DNA of 63,119 bases, counting the filler, from Klebsormidium nitens (taxonomy: Eukaryota > Plantae > Klebsormidiophyceae), in assembly GCA_000708835.1 (NCBI GenBank). It is 8 parts of 8 records of this genome, joined end to end, with 100 filler letters (N's around TTAATTAATTAA, not from the genome) between each part and the next. Parts side by side here need not be neighbours in the genome. Positions count along the whole stretch, not along the records: positions 1 to 14,630 come from DF238038.1; 7 more parts are not named here. One strand, given 5' to 3'. Each line of letters begins with the position of its first letter. Position 1 is the first letter of the stretch. The notes below the pieces were generated by a model. It was not told the DNA's origin and ran no database searches. It saw only the letters and a list, made by a program, of their open reading frames with translations. The position numbers were made by a program, and so were the translations under genes. Shown in pieces: positions 1-11,852 of the stretch.

Positions 1-518
1 AGTTTTGGTGGAGAAGTTGGGTAGATTGCGCGGAACGTTTGGTTGCAGAATGCAGTTGAGCTGTTCGCAAGGCGCAGTCTGAAGATTGATCGGTCTCAAT
101 AGTGCCCTGTGGAAGTGCCTCAGAGAAGGACCAGGGAAGAGGTCCAGCAAGTGCTCCAGGAGTAAACAGTGGCAGAGTGGTTGTGGGAGCTGGGAACTGG
201 GAGCTTCCGCAAGGGGATCATCACCAAGCTTGTTGCTGTGAGAAGGCAGTCCTGTGGGCGGCCTTCCTCAAGTTGCTCGCGTTTCCAGTGGAACGGCGTA
301 CTGCGGACGTGCTCTGTGAGCTGTCCTTCATTGAGCCCTGTGGGCGTCAGCTGTGTACACTCCAGGCTTTGCAGACAGGTACAGTGTACCCCTTGAAACC
401 CTGGACTAACTTGTGTGTCATACACTTTGATTGAGCTGGTTCTGAGTTCCACACTTGCTGTTATCAGAGTTTGAGCTGAATCGGGCAGCCGTTTGGGAGC
501 TGAAACAGACTGAAGAAA

Positions 519-1325
519 GTGGAAGACTTAAAGGAGAAAGTTTTGCATTTGATTGCTCGACTAGACAATCTGAAGATTGGGGCAAAATCACCTCAGAGAA
601 TGGGGGGACCAGATACTCCAGCTGAAACAAGCGTCTCCGGAGAACATCCAGGGACCTTTGTATTCAGAACCAGGTTAGAGGAAGCCAATCCTTTCGTAGC
701 AACTGATGAGAGTCTTCAAAGGGGCATTGCTCAAACTCAGCATCCAGTAACTAGTGTGGAGGGAAATACGAGTGGGGCAGAAAATGAGTGTCCTCCCTTC
801 TCTTTTCAGACTGCCGGCACTCCAGAAGTAAACACACCGGCAGCTCGGCAAAGCACAATTGCCCCGTCATCGCTTTTGTCCAGTCAATTAAAGCAAGGTG
901 AAAGCTCTGGTTACGCATTGCATGCTCCTTTGAGTCCAGTATCAACTCCCACCTTCCTGTGTTTGCAACCAGACCCACGAACGGGGAGTAGCTCAATGTC
1001 ATGTTTGATGTCAACCAGTGGTGGACTCTATGGGGGGCACATAAGTGATGCAGACTTACGGATGCTTGTCGCACAGAATAGAGGTAAGCTGGCAGAAATA
1101 ATGCAAGAGCGGGAAACCCCCGCTCAAAGGCCATTTCAGTTCCCAGTCCAATCTACCCAAAAAGGGGACTATCTTACAGGAAAGTTGTCAGCTTCATTTC
1201 CTCACTTAGCATCGCAGTCTGCTTACGACTTTTCACATGCAGGGCGCTCCCCCCTTGAGGATATGAGCAGCCCTGACGCTTACGGGCCTGAAGCCCATTC
1301 TCAGCAGATTTTGAGAAGTACCTAA
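519..1325 (+). pseudogene. Probable low-complexity N-terminal part of gag, frameshifted relative to 1364
   Basis: 268-aa S/P-rich ORF directly upstream of the gag core; the frame of ORF 1364 reads plausibly (DFEKYLNHVPAF) from about 1307, implying an indel near 1300-1320. Confidence 0.45.
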
Positions 1326-1363
1326 ATCACGTCCCTGCTTTTCCTAATGTTAGTACTGGGGGT

Positions 1364-1773
1364 TTGGAGAACACCAGGAACACTGGTGACTTTCCGCCCA
1401 TGCGTACAGGCATCCCTCCTATGAATCATCTACCAACGTATGACGGGAAGCTGAAAGGGATCAGTGCGCGGTCTTGGATCAGTGATTTAGAGAACTACAG
1501 GAACTTGTATGGTTTGCATGAAGCCCAGCTCACTCCGCTTGCAAAAATCCTGTGCAGAGACGCTGCTCGGTTGTGGGCGGAAATCCAGCCTGCAAACCAG
1601 ACCTGGGCAGAGTTTGTTCTAGCTTTCAACGAGGAGTACGGCGTACACAATCGGGAGAAGCTGTGGCTTGACATGCTGAACAAGCGTCAAGGCACATCCT
1701 CGGTGGGTGAATATACAACAGACATGTTACGCTTCTTTATTCTGCTTGACATTCCTGAGAATGAACGTGTGCG
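1364..1773 (+). pseudogene. gag: gag capsid-like domain, 5' half (interrupted)
   Basis: LPTYDGK...ARSWISDLE...TWAEFVLAFNEEY...KRQGTSSVGEY is the retrotransposon gag pattern; joins in frame to 10179 after removing the insertion (ENERVR|KYIKNL). Confidence 0.85.
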
Positions 1774-1794
1774 CAACGGGTAGGCAACAAACAG
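1774..1794. repeat. Left terminal inverted repeat (21 bp), preceded by TSD TGTGCG at 1768-1773
   Basis: Reverse complement matches 10152-10172 with one mismatch at position 3. Confidence 0.95.
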
Positions 1795-2438
1795 ATAAAC
1801 AAGAGTGGCGTTTTCTGGACTAAACATGGTTTTTCGATGTCGAAACGAAAGAAAGCCGAATTACGGGGTCAACCATCATGATCGGTGTTACACGAGGTTT
1901 CGAAAAATACCCTTACTTCATAAATCTGATGTTTTTTGGGCCCGAAAAAACATCAATAAACATTGAAAAAACATGAAAAACAGTCTATACGTAGCACCGT
2001 GCAAGCCCGAGGGTCGAAAACCGGTTTTGTTTAAACAAACCAAACCAGGTTTATTACCAGGTTTGTTATGTTTTCTGAGGTTTTTTGGCTGTTTAGGTGG
2101 TTTTTGGAGGTTTTTCTGCTTCGCTAGGGGGTAACTTCAAATTAAGAGGGTTGTCACGAGCTCTAGGGGCCTCAAGAAAGCCAGAATTTACACCCCCTGC
2201 GGCGACATTGATGTTCCCACTGGTAGGCCGTTTGCAGAGTAGGGGTAAGGCTGTCAGCGACCAGTTCTGAATTGTGGTGATATCAGGAAAAGTTGCAAGA
2301 AGAAGGTTATTAGTAGAGCTGTAGGTTAGATAGGCTAGGGTCAGGGGGGATGCGGCAGTGATGGAAGCGAGGGTAGTGTGGTGCTGGGTTCTTCTGATTG
2401 CTCTTCTTGGCAGTGGCTCGCTAGAGGTTCGTGTCAAC

Positions 2439-5400
2439 ATGGCGAGCAGCCCTCGTGGTGCTTGCGCGAAAGTACACAAGGAGCTCATCCAACTTGGAGG
2501 CAAAGATGGATGCCAGGAGTTCAAACCCTCCAAGTTGGATCCAGAGACATGCAAGGGCTGCGAGTGTGACAGGACCTTCCACGAGAAGCTGAAGGTGGGG
2601 CCTGCGCAGCAGCCTGTGGGAAAGGAGACCGCTGGTGCACAACCTTTGCCCAAAGGGGGCCACCTTTCCGAGGGGGAGGACGAGGAAGTGCTGATGTTCG
2701 AGCATCCTCCAAAGAAGGTCAAGCTGGAGGGAGAGAAGAAAGGTATGTACTGGATCTTGAATCATTAGCTTAGACATTGCCCAGATTGGACACTACACAG
2801 ATGGGCATAGTATGGCTTCTCAATTGCCTGGTTGCCTGCTTTTCTTGCGCTTCAATGTGCTATCTTATTCTTTATGTAGCAGCATTGTCTGTCATGTTGT
2901 TGCAGATGTTATGGTTAATCTGCTTCAACCATGATTCTTGAGAATACTTGGAAGCAAAATGGGCAGACTGCTTGGCCTTTTTGAGTCAGCTCTGTAGGGT
3001 TTTCAGTGACCATTATCATCTGCTTGTTTAGATCATGTTAGGCTTCAGGGGTCTGCTTGAATCTTTGTCAGTCATCAGATCTTGACAGGATTGACAGGTT
3101 ACATTGGGCTGCAGGGTTTTAAACTTTGGGCCAGCATATAGATGAGATTCAATAATCTTTTCGAAGAGCAAAGTGATTTAGCTTTTTGTTTGCAGCCAAT
3201 GTTGAGATTCAGGGAAGAACAGGCGCAATGTACCCGTTTCATCGATTAGCACCTATAACGTATGCAGCCAGACTTTGCACCTCTGATCCGATGGCTTCAA
3301 TGAAGCTCACAAGCACCTCTGGATTGATTGACTACAGTGGTCAAAGAATGTAAGTTGGGACGCAAAGTCTGGCTGGGGATTGGCTGGGGACTGGCTCCAT
3401 TCGACATGTGACATTGCTTTAACTGTATCTTCACTGACAATGACATACGTTACATTGCAGATGGGGCGGCTGGCGGTCTACAGTGTCCTGACGTCACCCG
3501 GAAGAGCTTTAAGGCGCTGACCAGTAAGCGGCCATTTGAGAAATATGGGGAGTATGAGTTGAAGATCAATGCTGAGGGGGGAAAGCCGGTTTGGGCGGTG
3601 TGGTGCACGCCATGCGGGAAGTTTTTCAAGCCCAATTCCAGCAATGGCACGCTCAAGAATTTCGAGGGCCACCTCTCCGGGGCCACTCACGAGGCATCTC
3701 TGGCCAAGGCTGAGAAGAAGGGGAGGGAGGATGCTGAGAAGGCTGCAACTCTCCTGGCAAAGCGGACCGCCATGGTGGAGAAACACGAGAGCGACGGTGA
3801 GTACTAACATTGTACTCACATGATAACAAGGTTCAATCATTGTGCATCACGAAGCAATCCCAATGTTGCTTCAACCAGCGCTGTCTTGGCTTTTACTGCA
3901 ATCTGACGGTCCTAGTTTGACGGTCCTAGTTTGCCTGTGTGGCCAAGCCGCTCTCAAGTTTTGCACGAAAACAGACCTTTGCAAAGCTTGACAACAAGGT
4001 CCGGTCAAAAGCATCCTGTCTCAGATCTACCAACTTTGCAAAGCTTGAGATCAAGGTTAGGTCAGAGGACGCTGTTTTACAACTTGCAGTCCATTTTGCG
4101 AACAATGCTTTGTGCGTCCTGTAATCTGGTCAATCTGGTTGGTGAGGGCTAATGACAAAGGTCGTCCCTGCGTGGGACTCCGATCTGAACATCATGACAC
4201 CTGCTACAGTTGTCAGGTGTCTTCATGATTTGATTGTTATGAATCCATAGCTGAACGGCCTGAGGGGCAGTTGAAAAACCCCAGGCACTTTGTCTTTGAA
4301 AGTCTTGGTGGGATCTTTACCAGGCAGATCACAAGGGCTGTGATCTGATTCCTTCCTTAAAATGTGGTCTTTGCCCCTTTTTCTCAGCGTCTTTTGCAAT
4401 GCAAAGTCAGCCAGGTCTGCCCTCTCACAAGTTCTGCACTTTTGTGAGATGGATTAGTCAATACAAACTCGAGGTGACCTCACGCAACTTCACTTCATTT
4501 CATGCAGGTGCTGTCCTGGTCGTTGAGGAGAACTGGCGGTGCACGCTTTGCTCCTTCAGCGGCACCTTTGGCGGGGGGGACACTATTGCCAACCATGTCA
4601 GGGGTCAGCTTCACCAAGCCGCTGTAGCGGCAGCAGTTAAGGGGAAGCCAGCTGCCCAGAGGAGCATTGCCGATGTTTGGAACGTCGCCGCAGCAGAAGG
4701 GCGCGTCCAGTATCCTTTGGGCCATGCACCTAGCATCTCCGACATTCCGTCAGCCCAGCGGCGTGAGCACTTTGCGGCAATGTGCTGCCATGGCTTCTAT
4801 GCAAATGAGCTCAAGCTTGGGGATGAGGTCGTGTCGATCGCAAGTCTGAAGAACGATCTGCATCGGGGGGGGGAGTGGTATACCGAGCCGGAGTACATCT
4901 TTCAGACTGCTGAGGGGGTCACCGTTGTTGGCACTTTTTGCCATGTTGACTGCGAACGCTATGACTGCACAAAGTGCCCCTTGATTCCACGCTGTCCAGA
5001 CTTTTGGAGGAGGGTGGAAAGAGCAGCGAAAGCGGAGCTAACGAGGGGGGAGAGGGTTTGTGAGCCAGGGGTGGGGTTTGAGAACCTGCAGCGGGGGGAG
5101 TTGATAGAGTCCCTCAGAGAGTTCCAAAAGCGATGCCACAGTCTCAGACAGGAGGCTTTCTATTTGAACTCTTCTCTCACACGTCTTCGAAAGTCTGTCG
5201 TGTCTGTTTCCGGAAAGGTGGAGGAAGCGTTGCATAGTGGTGATCCCTCTCAGTTGGCCGAGATGGTTCGGCGTGCGTGTGATTTGGGCGCGTTCAGTGG
5301 GCGGACTCAATTGTATAACTTCCTTCTTGACCTCGCAAAGAACCTTGTTAGCGTGACAAAGCATGATGGGGACGCAAGGGGAAAGCGCTATCACAAGAGT

Positions 5401-8400
5401 ACAGTCCTGATGTTTGAGACGCTTGCGCGCTTTGGCGGACCTCTGGCTCACAATTTTGCCTCGCTCAACCTTCTTGGGCCTGTTCTAAACACATCTCTTG
5501 CCCAGTATCGCAAGGAAGCCTTCCACTTCCCTCCAGTCCTTTGCGAATTGCCCTTCGAGCAGGCTGCCAAAGTGTTGTCAGCTCATAAGCAGCGTCTTGG
5601 TATTTCAGGACATGTTCCAATCGAGTGTAGCGAGGATGAAACTGCCTCAATCAGACTGGCCACCTGGCATCGGGCTTCAGACACGATAGTGGGGTTTTGC
5701 GGAGAACTTCCTGCGGGTTCTGGAGTGCATTCCTGTTCCTTTGACTGCCAGCCCTCTGCCAGCTCACTCGAGAGCATTCAACAGGCTTTCAAAAACCTGA
5801 AAGTGGGGTCGATGTCCCGCCTTCTTCTTCTGAATCCACTAGTTGTGGGGCTCCCACGCCTCGTGTACGCCTTCTTGCCTACCTGCAATATGTTCTCGGC
5901 AGCCCAAGTGATGGAGCAGTGGAAAGTTGTGCGCGGCTTTCATGGAAGTCATTTGTCTGACATTGGGCCTCTGATTTCGCACGCCTCTGACGGCGACAAG
6001 CGACGGGTTAGGTGCATGCTGTCCAGCATAGGTCGGGGCTCTTACGGTCTTGACCACCCCACCTTTGTGATGAAAGCCGAAGTCTCCTCTGCTGGTCCAA
6101 TCCTGATGAACCAAGATCCAAATCACAACGCTAAGAAGTTGCGAAACTCCATCCTGAGCTCAACTCGAAACGTATTCTGGGGTTTGCATCTTGCTACCAA
6201 GAACCACCTAGCCCTTGTTCGAGAGCACTTTACAAGAGATCAGCATGGGCTTTTGGAAGAAGACGTTGACGTTAAAGACAAACAGAATACGGCCGCTGCC
6301 CATCGGCTTGCGTTTCCAAAAGTCAGAGCTTGTCTCGAGAAGGTGTGCGAGGGTTTCGTAGCGACCAATGGCACTTTCGTGCAGGAGGATTGTACAGGCA
6401 CCATTGCGCATCTTCTGGTTTTGGGGATGTATCTTGATATCTTCTTCGGCGCGGGAACACTTTTTGAGCGCATCAAGAGTGCCTCTTTCGTTGTCCACAT
6501 GCTTTTCTTTGCTTCCGAGTTTATCCGGCATCGGGGTGCTGGGCACACGTTGAAGGAAAACTGGGTCACTCGCGAGGCGCAGCTGGATATGCTCATTTCC
6601 TGCCACGCTGCTGTCAATCTCATCCGCCTTATGCGCGACCGCTTCCCTCACCTTCCTGTCGCTCTTCACTTATTTGGGACAGAATGCTGTGAGGAAACCT
6701 TCTCGTTGATTGGGCAAGCGGTTGTTAACAAGCATAATTACACTTACGGGGAGGCTCTGGAGCGGTTGTCGCATATTGGGCGGACCGCTGCCGTCCAAGT
6801 GGACGCGGACTCTCCCTTGTTTGCGTCCAATCGAAGGCGTAAGAATCTGTGGCACGAGGGCACTGAGCAGCCAGTGCCGACGGATCTGACGGCGGTCTTG
6901 AGCGACTACGCCTCTGTGAGCGAGCCAAAGGCGCTAAGAGCGTGGGAGCTTGGGTTGGAGTCCGCAAGGGAGAGGGCATCTAGCCTGGGCATGCGAGAAG
7001 TCCTGGAGGCGGCGAGGAAGTGGGACTCGCCGGTTCCTTTCACTTTGCGCGAAGCTGTCGCCGCTGTGGACTTGTTGCGGACGGAGGAGGATGAAGGTGA
7101 AGAAGCTGGCAGCTCTGAAGGTGGGTGTCCAAGACGTCACAACATCAAAGGATCCAGGGGTTTAAATCTGGGTTTAACACGTGGTCAATGATGTCGGTGG
7201 GTTTAGAGGCTGGTTATCAAAAGCGTTAGAGGGCTAAACCCCCATCTAAAACCTGACGGCATCCTGGGAGTTTGTAGGCTGTTTGGCATTAAATCTTGCG
7301 GGGTTTTCAAACAGGTTAAGTGGGGGTTCAAAGGAGTAACGTGCGAAACGAGTTGGGTTCTGGGTTTGGGGACAACGCAGGTTCGAGCATAGATCTGCAA
7401 CCATCTGGCTTTTCAACCTTACAATCTGGAACACATGGTTTGAGGGATTGGCTCCTGATGAGTATTGAATAGGCTGGCCGGTAGTCAGTCGAGGGGTTAA
7501 GTCTATGGTCAATTGTGTGATGACACGGTTTCAGGTTCTGCAACGTATGAACTTGAATCCATGAAACCTTCCAGACACCTGCTTCCAGATTTCTTTTTTG
7601 TTGTCGCAGCGACCACCGCCGATGCTGGAGACGCGGCTAGGCTGCCGGACGATGCAATCGACGTGCGCGCGGCGGTGTTGGACGCCGCCCAGCAGCTTGG
7701 CGATGAAGAGGGAGACACGGCGGAGGTGGACGGCGGTCGGGCTGCACACGGGAAGGTGCCGTCAACGGTTGACGTTCCTGGGAAAGGGCCCGTGTACAAG
7801 ATGCGAGTCATCTCGGAGCTCAACAAGCACCCGGGGAGTTTGCCGCTAGATTGGCTGAGGCGAGTTCAGGTCAGCACGTAACGCTCTACTTGGATTTGCG
7901 GGAGATCAACGTGCAGGGATGATCTACTTGGATTTGCGGGAGATCAACGTGCAGGGATGATTCCGTTTCTGCCATCAGTGCTTGTGAAGCTGAGATTTGA
8001 CTGCCGATTGTTGGTATGTGTCCCGACTACTTCGCTTCAGTCCATTCGTCAGGAGCCTATTTCTTTCGTCCGGAGCTCGAGCTGGAGATGATGTTTTTGC
8101 GCTCTGAAGATTGACTTCAGGCCTGGCCCATAGGATCTCCATTTTAGAATACGGACTCAATTTCTCGTGTAAGGATGAAACGTCAGCTTGAGCGTCGATC
8201 GACTATCTCGGGAGAATTCATTATTACTAACTTATAACTAATTATAACTAACGCCGAACTCTGTTCACTTTTCCAGGTGCGCGACACACCGGAGAACACC
8301 ACCGGTGCTGATGGCGGCGGAGGCGAGGAGGTTGGACTCTTTGATGTCGTCGCCGTCTACTTCGTCAACGGTCCGCTTGCGGAAGCGGACTCCCACCAGT

Positions 8401-9050
8401 GGTACCTCGGGCGCATCCAGAAGATGTTCAAGAAGTATGCTACGGGTGCGCGTGTCGACTATGTTCTGCCGGTAGGTTTTCTGCACTCGAGTGTCGCTGA
8501 AATTCTGCTGGAAGCAGAGAACTCGTAGATTGAAAAGAAGTCTTGAGATGCTCGCAAGACCTGTAGTTGCAAACCAGATTGTCTGTGTGTTGCAAGGTGT
8601 GGAAGCAGGCCCCATGCACACTCGCGCGCAGTTCTCTCATGAGCTTTTGGGTTCTTGCAGGTGTCTCTTGGCGACGAGCGGGACCCGGCAGTCCACCTGG
8701 TCCTCAAGTACTTTACGCGAACAGGGACCAAGACCTTTGTGTATGGCGGGCAGGAGGCGGCTGGCGAGGCCGACCCAATCTCGTTAGGGTCAGTAATAGG
8801 GAACGCAGACCTGCGAAAAGATGATCAAGGGTCCGCGTACACCTTGTCAGATAGCGATCTGCGGGCGTTTGAGGCATTTGTCGCTAACGAAGTTCGGAGT
8901 CAACAATTGGCAGCGGGAAGGAGGGCTCGGCCCCCTCCCGGGTCCCAAGCCGCAGAAGCACAGTCTCGGGCAGTGGCTGGTGCAAGGGTAGATCGAGTCG
9001 GGGTAACTACACGAACTGGTCGAGTTGCAAGTGCACTCGCACGCCGATAA
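2439..9050 (+). CDS. Six-exon P-like transposase (1365 aa): ZF-HD-type zinc finger, two C2H2 fingers, DDE core, C-terminal domain. Exons 2439-2742, 3461-3796, 4508-7120, 7610-7869, 8277-8471, 8661-9050
   Basis: All five introns are GT-AG and phase-compatible (1,1,1,0,0); total 4098 nt, no internal stop. Core motifs CSEDET, HASDGDKRR, QDPNHNAKKLRN (D-x2-H motif) and GTECCEETFS match P-element/THAP9-type transposases. Confidence 0.85.
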
Positions 9051-10151
9051 GAGGTCTAGGTGGATTTGTCTGCTTGGTGTTCGGCGCTCAAGACCTATTG
9101 ATTTTATTTATGGCAACACCAACCACCGGCCTTATTGAATTGCCCTCTCTACCTTTTCGAAAGCATTATTGTCCACTGTAAAACAGTTTAGGCGCGTGCA
9201 GACTTGCATGACTTCTCAAACCGCCCTCTCCGATTCTCTAGATTGAGTGCGTTGAAACTTTGTTTGAAATTCACCGAGTCGACCAAGACCAACCTCAATT
9301 GTAGATCGTACATAAGACTTGCAGCATGCTCTCAATAGATCAGTAATAAGATTTAAAGGAACACACCTCGTTGGAACATCTTTTTGGAGGTTTGAGGAAC
9401 ACACCGATGCTTATGAACATATGCAGTACATGCATGATGCACATGCACATTTCACAGATATCACTCACAAGATACAATATACAGCCTCTGGCCAGCGTGA
9501 GCACTGAGCACACCGACTCTGAGAGTCATGTCACCAATTCTATATCTTTGTAGTATGCATGAGTCAGCGCTGCGGCTTGTTGGCCGTTTCAAGGAATCCG
9601 TTTGAGTTTGCCACACTGACAAGTGTCTCCAGAGCTCAGCATTCTATAACTTCACTACCTTGATCTAAAACTGACAACATCACAGAGCATGTAATTGTGC
9701 GTATATACGAATCAACATAAGCGCATAATTCGAATCAATTGCATGGATGTTCTATGATTGACCTTTGCAGGCTCATTCTGCGAGTCTAGCAAACGTCTAG
9801 CATGTCTGCTTTGGCACCCCTATCCGTATGCAATTGTGAGGAAAGCATGTCGATATGCTAGGTTGGCCAATGATGCCATGATCTATATGCGGACTGTTAC
9901 AAAGATCACAATAGAAGTGTCGTTTAGAAGTGGTTTAGAAGTGGTTTGACTTATTTGCGACCTTTAAAAGATGCTATCTGTGTCCCACATTGAAAAAACC
10001 CAAAAAAAAACCCTAACGAACATCGACAAACCCTGAAAAACATGCTTTTGAAAATCTAATGTTTATTATGTTTATTATGTCTAACATGTTTGTGCTCCCT
10101 GGTAAAGCCACTACTTTTGCCATGTTTTTTCACGGTGGTAGTAGCAATAAA

Positions 10152-10172
10152 CTGTTTGTTGCCTACCCGGTG
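10152..10172. repeat. Right terminal inverted repeat (21 bp), followed by TSD TGTGCG at 10173-10178
   Basis: CTGTTTGTTGCCTACCCGGTG read directly from the sequence. Confidence 0.95.
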
Positions 10173-10178
10173 TGTGCG

Positions 10179-11787
10179 CAAATACATCAAAAACTTGAAC
10201 TTTGGAATCAGGAAGAACTGCATGGCTAGAAATCCTGCTACTATGCAAGAGGCCATTGCAGCTGCTCGCGTCGCTGAACAGATTTACGAAACTATTCCGG
10301 ATCAAGACCCTCAGTCAAAACTCAATTCGTTAGAGAAACAAGTAGGGCAACTTCTGCTCACAGAGTCCCCAAAGAGGACTCATGGTACTAGGGCTCAGTC
10401 CAACGGTCCTGCAAATGGGTCTGGCAATGATGGTCATACCGCGGGTGATAGTAGGGGTTCAGATGGCAGGCGCGCGTGGCGCTGTCCTAGGTGCCTGGTA
10501 GAAGGCGGGCCTTATCACACCATTCGGGACTGTCCGAATGAACAACGCGCCCAGTACAACTCTTGCTGTTGGTTTTATGGTAGACACAGGGCTGACTGTT
10601 CCGAAAGGAGCCGCGGCCCTGCGGGCGGTACAGCGGAACACAATTTTCTAGAAGAGGTGGAAGTGATTGACCAGGATTATGGGATGCCCCCTCTTGAGTC
10701 TGGTGTGCCGGCTGAGCTGTATGCAGTTGAGGGTGAAGATTCTGAATCTTGGTCTGAGGATGAGGATGAATACTCCAGTTCCGATGAGTCTTTGGAAGAG
10801 GTTGAAATCTACGCTCAGAAAAGAGGGCGTGAAGAACCCACTGTCAGTGCAGGGACTGGCCGCCAGGCGGGTCGAGACAAGCGCCGCTTACCAAATCAGC
10901 GTGAGCCGGTAAAACCTGTTGCGAATCCTCTCACTGCAGAACAAAAGCGGCAGCGCACTGAAGCTAGGGCGCGCAACCGTCAACAACAAGAAGTCCAAAA
11001 TGAGCTCATGATCAAAGCTGCACTTGGTGAGGCGCGAGAGCGCCTGGTCAGTCACAAACAAGTCAAACACTTTCGTACTGATCTTCACAGGTACGTCGAC
11101 AGACTGTTTGCACATCAGAAACGGACACGTCCAAAAGCGGCTCAAACAGCCGGGCGTGACGCTACTGGCGGAGAGCAGCAACCCCCTGCAAAGAAGGGAA
11201 GACCTTCTGATCCGCCGCGTGAGTCTAACTATCTCAAAGTAGAAACGGATCCGAAGTATGATGTTCCAAATCTGCGAACCGAGGTGCAAGTCTTGGTCGA
11301 AGATGTTCCGACTCGCATCATTCTCGATTCTGGGGCAACAATGTCTGGTGTGTCAGAGAGCTTGGTGCACAAGCTGAAAATCGCTCACAAAATCCGGCCC
11401 ACTGAGGCCGCTTACAAAACTTCTTCTGGCGAACTTCGTCCTGCTTTGGGCACCGCTCCGATTCACCTCCGCCTTGGCACTCTGAAGGTTAAAACCCGGA
11501 TGATTGTCATGCCTGCCGAATGCTCCTACAATCTGCTCTTGGCGAATGACGTGATGGCTCCTCTGAAGATTGATATCCTTAGGAGCAGAAACGAAATTCA
11601 GTGTCACTATGCCGGAGAAAAGGTCGTTTTGCCAATCGTTGCTGAAAGGGGTGATCCCCGAGACGCCTTGTTTAACGACGCTTACTTTGTCACGACGGTT
11701 GAGTCCGTTCATGGTGATGCCTGGGTCGGACAACAGCCGCCAGTCATCAAATTGACCCGCCTGTCAAAAAACGGACGGCCCCCGTAA
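10179..11787 (+). pseudogene. gag C-terminal half, CCHC-type knuckle and aspartic protease
   Basis: RNPATMQEAIAAAR; CPRC...HTIRDC knuckle; IILDSGATMSGVS protease active site; YNLLLAND. Confidence 0.88.
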
Positions 11788-11809
11788 GTTCGAGGGACTA
11801 TTGTGTCCC
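11766..11809 (+). promoter_or_regulatory. Candidate -1 programmed ribosomal frameshift signal between protease and RT
   Basis: A_AAA_AAC at 11766-11772 is in the correct phase of the gag-pro ORF, 4 codons before its stop; the -1 frame is open from there into the RT ORF; hairpins ACGG-ccc-CCGT (11775-11785) and GGGAC-tattgt-GTCCC (11794-11809) follow. Confidence 0.7.
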
Positions 11810-11852
11810 AGAAGATAAGGGACAAGTCCTTAAGGGGGTCAAAATCCGAACT

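Larger units (their letters stand above)
1774..10172 (+). mobile_element. 8.4-kb autonomous TIR DNA transposon, P-superfamily-like
   Basis: Left end CAACGGGTAGGCAACAAACAG (1774-1794) and right end CTGTTTGTTGCCTACCCGGTG (10152-10172) are 20/21 inverted repeats; TGTGCG duplicated at 1768-1773 and 10173-10178; encodes a transposase. Confidence 0.95.

Noticed and set aside
7150-7500. GGGTTT/AAACCC-rich stretch resembling telomeric motifs in transposase intron 3
   Set aside because: Motifs are scattered rather than tandem, and no TIR/TSD for a nested element was found
7885-7960. 38-bp perfect tandem duplication
   Set aside because: Intronic local slippage duplication; two copies with no spacer, not CRISPR-like
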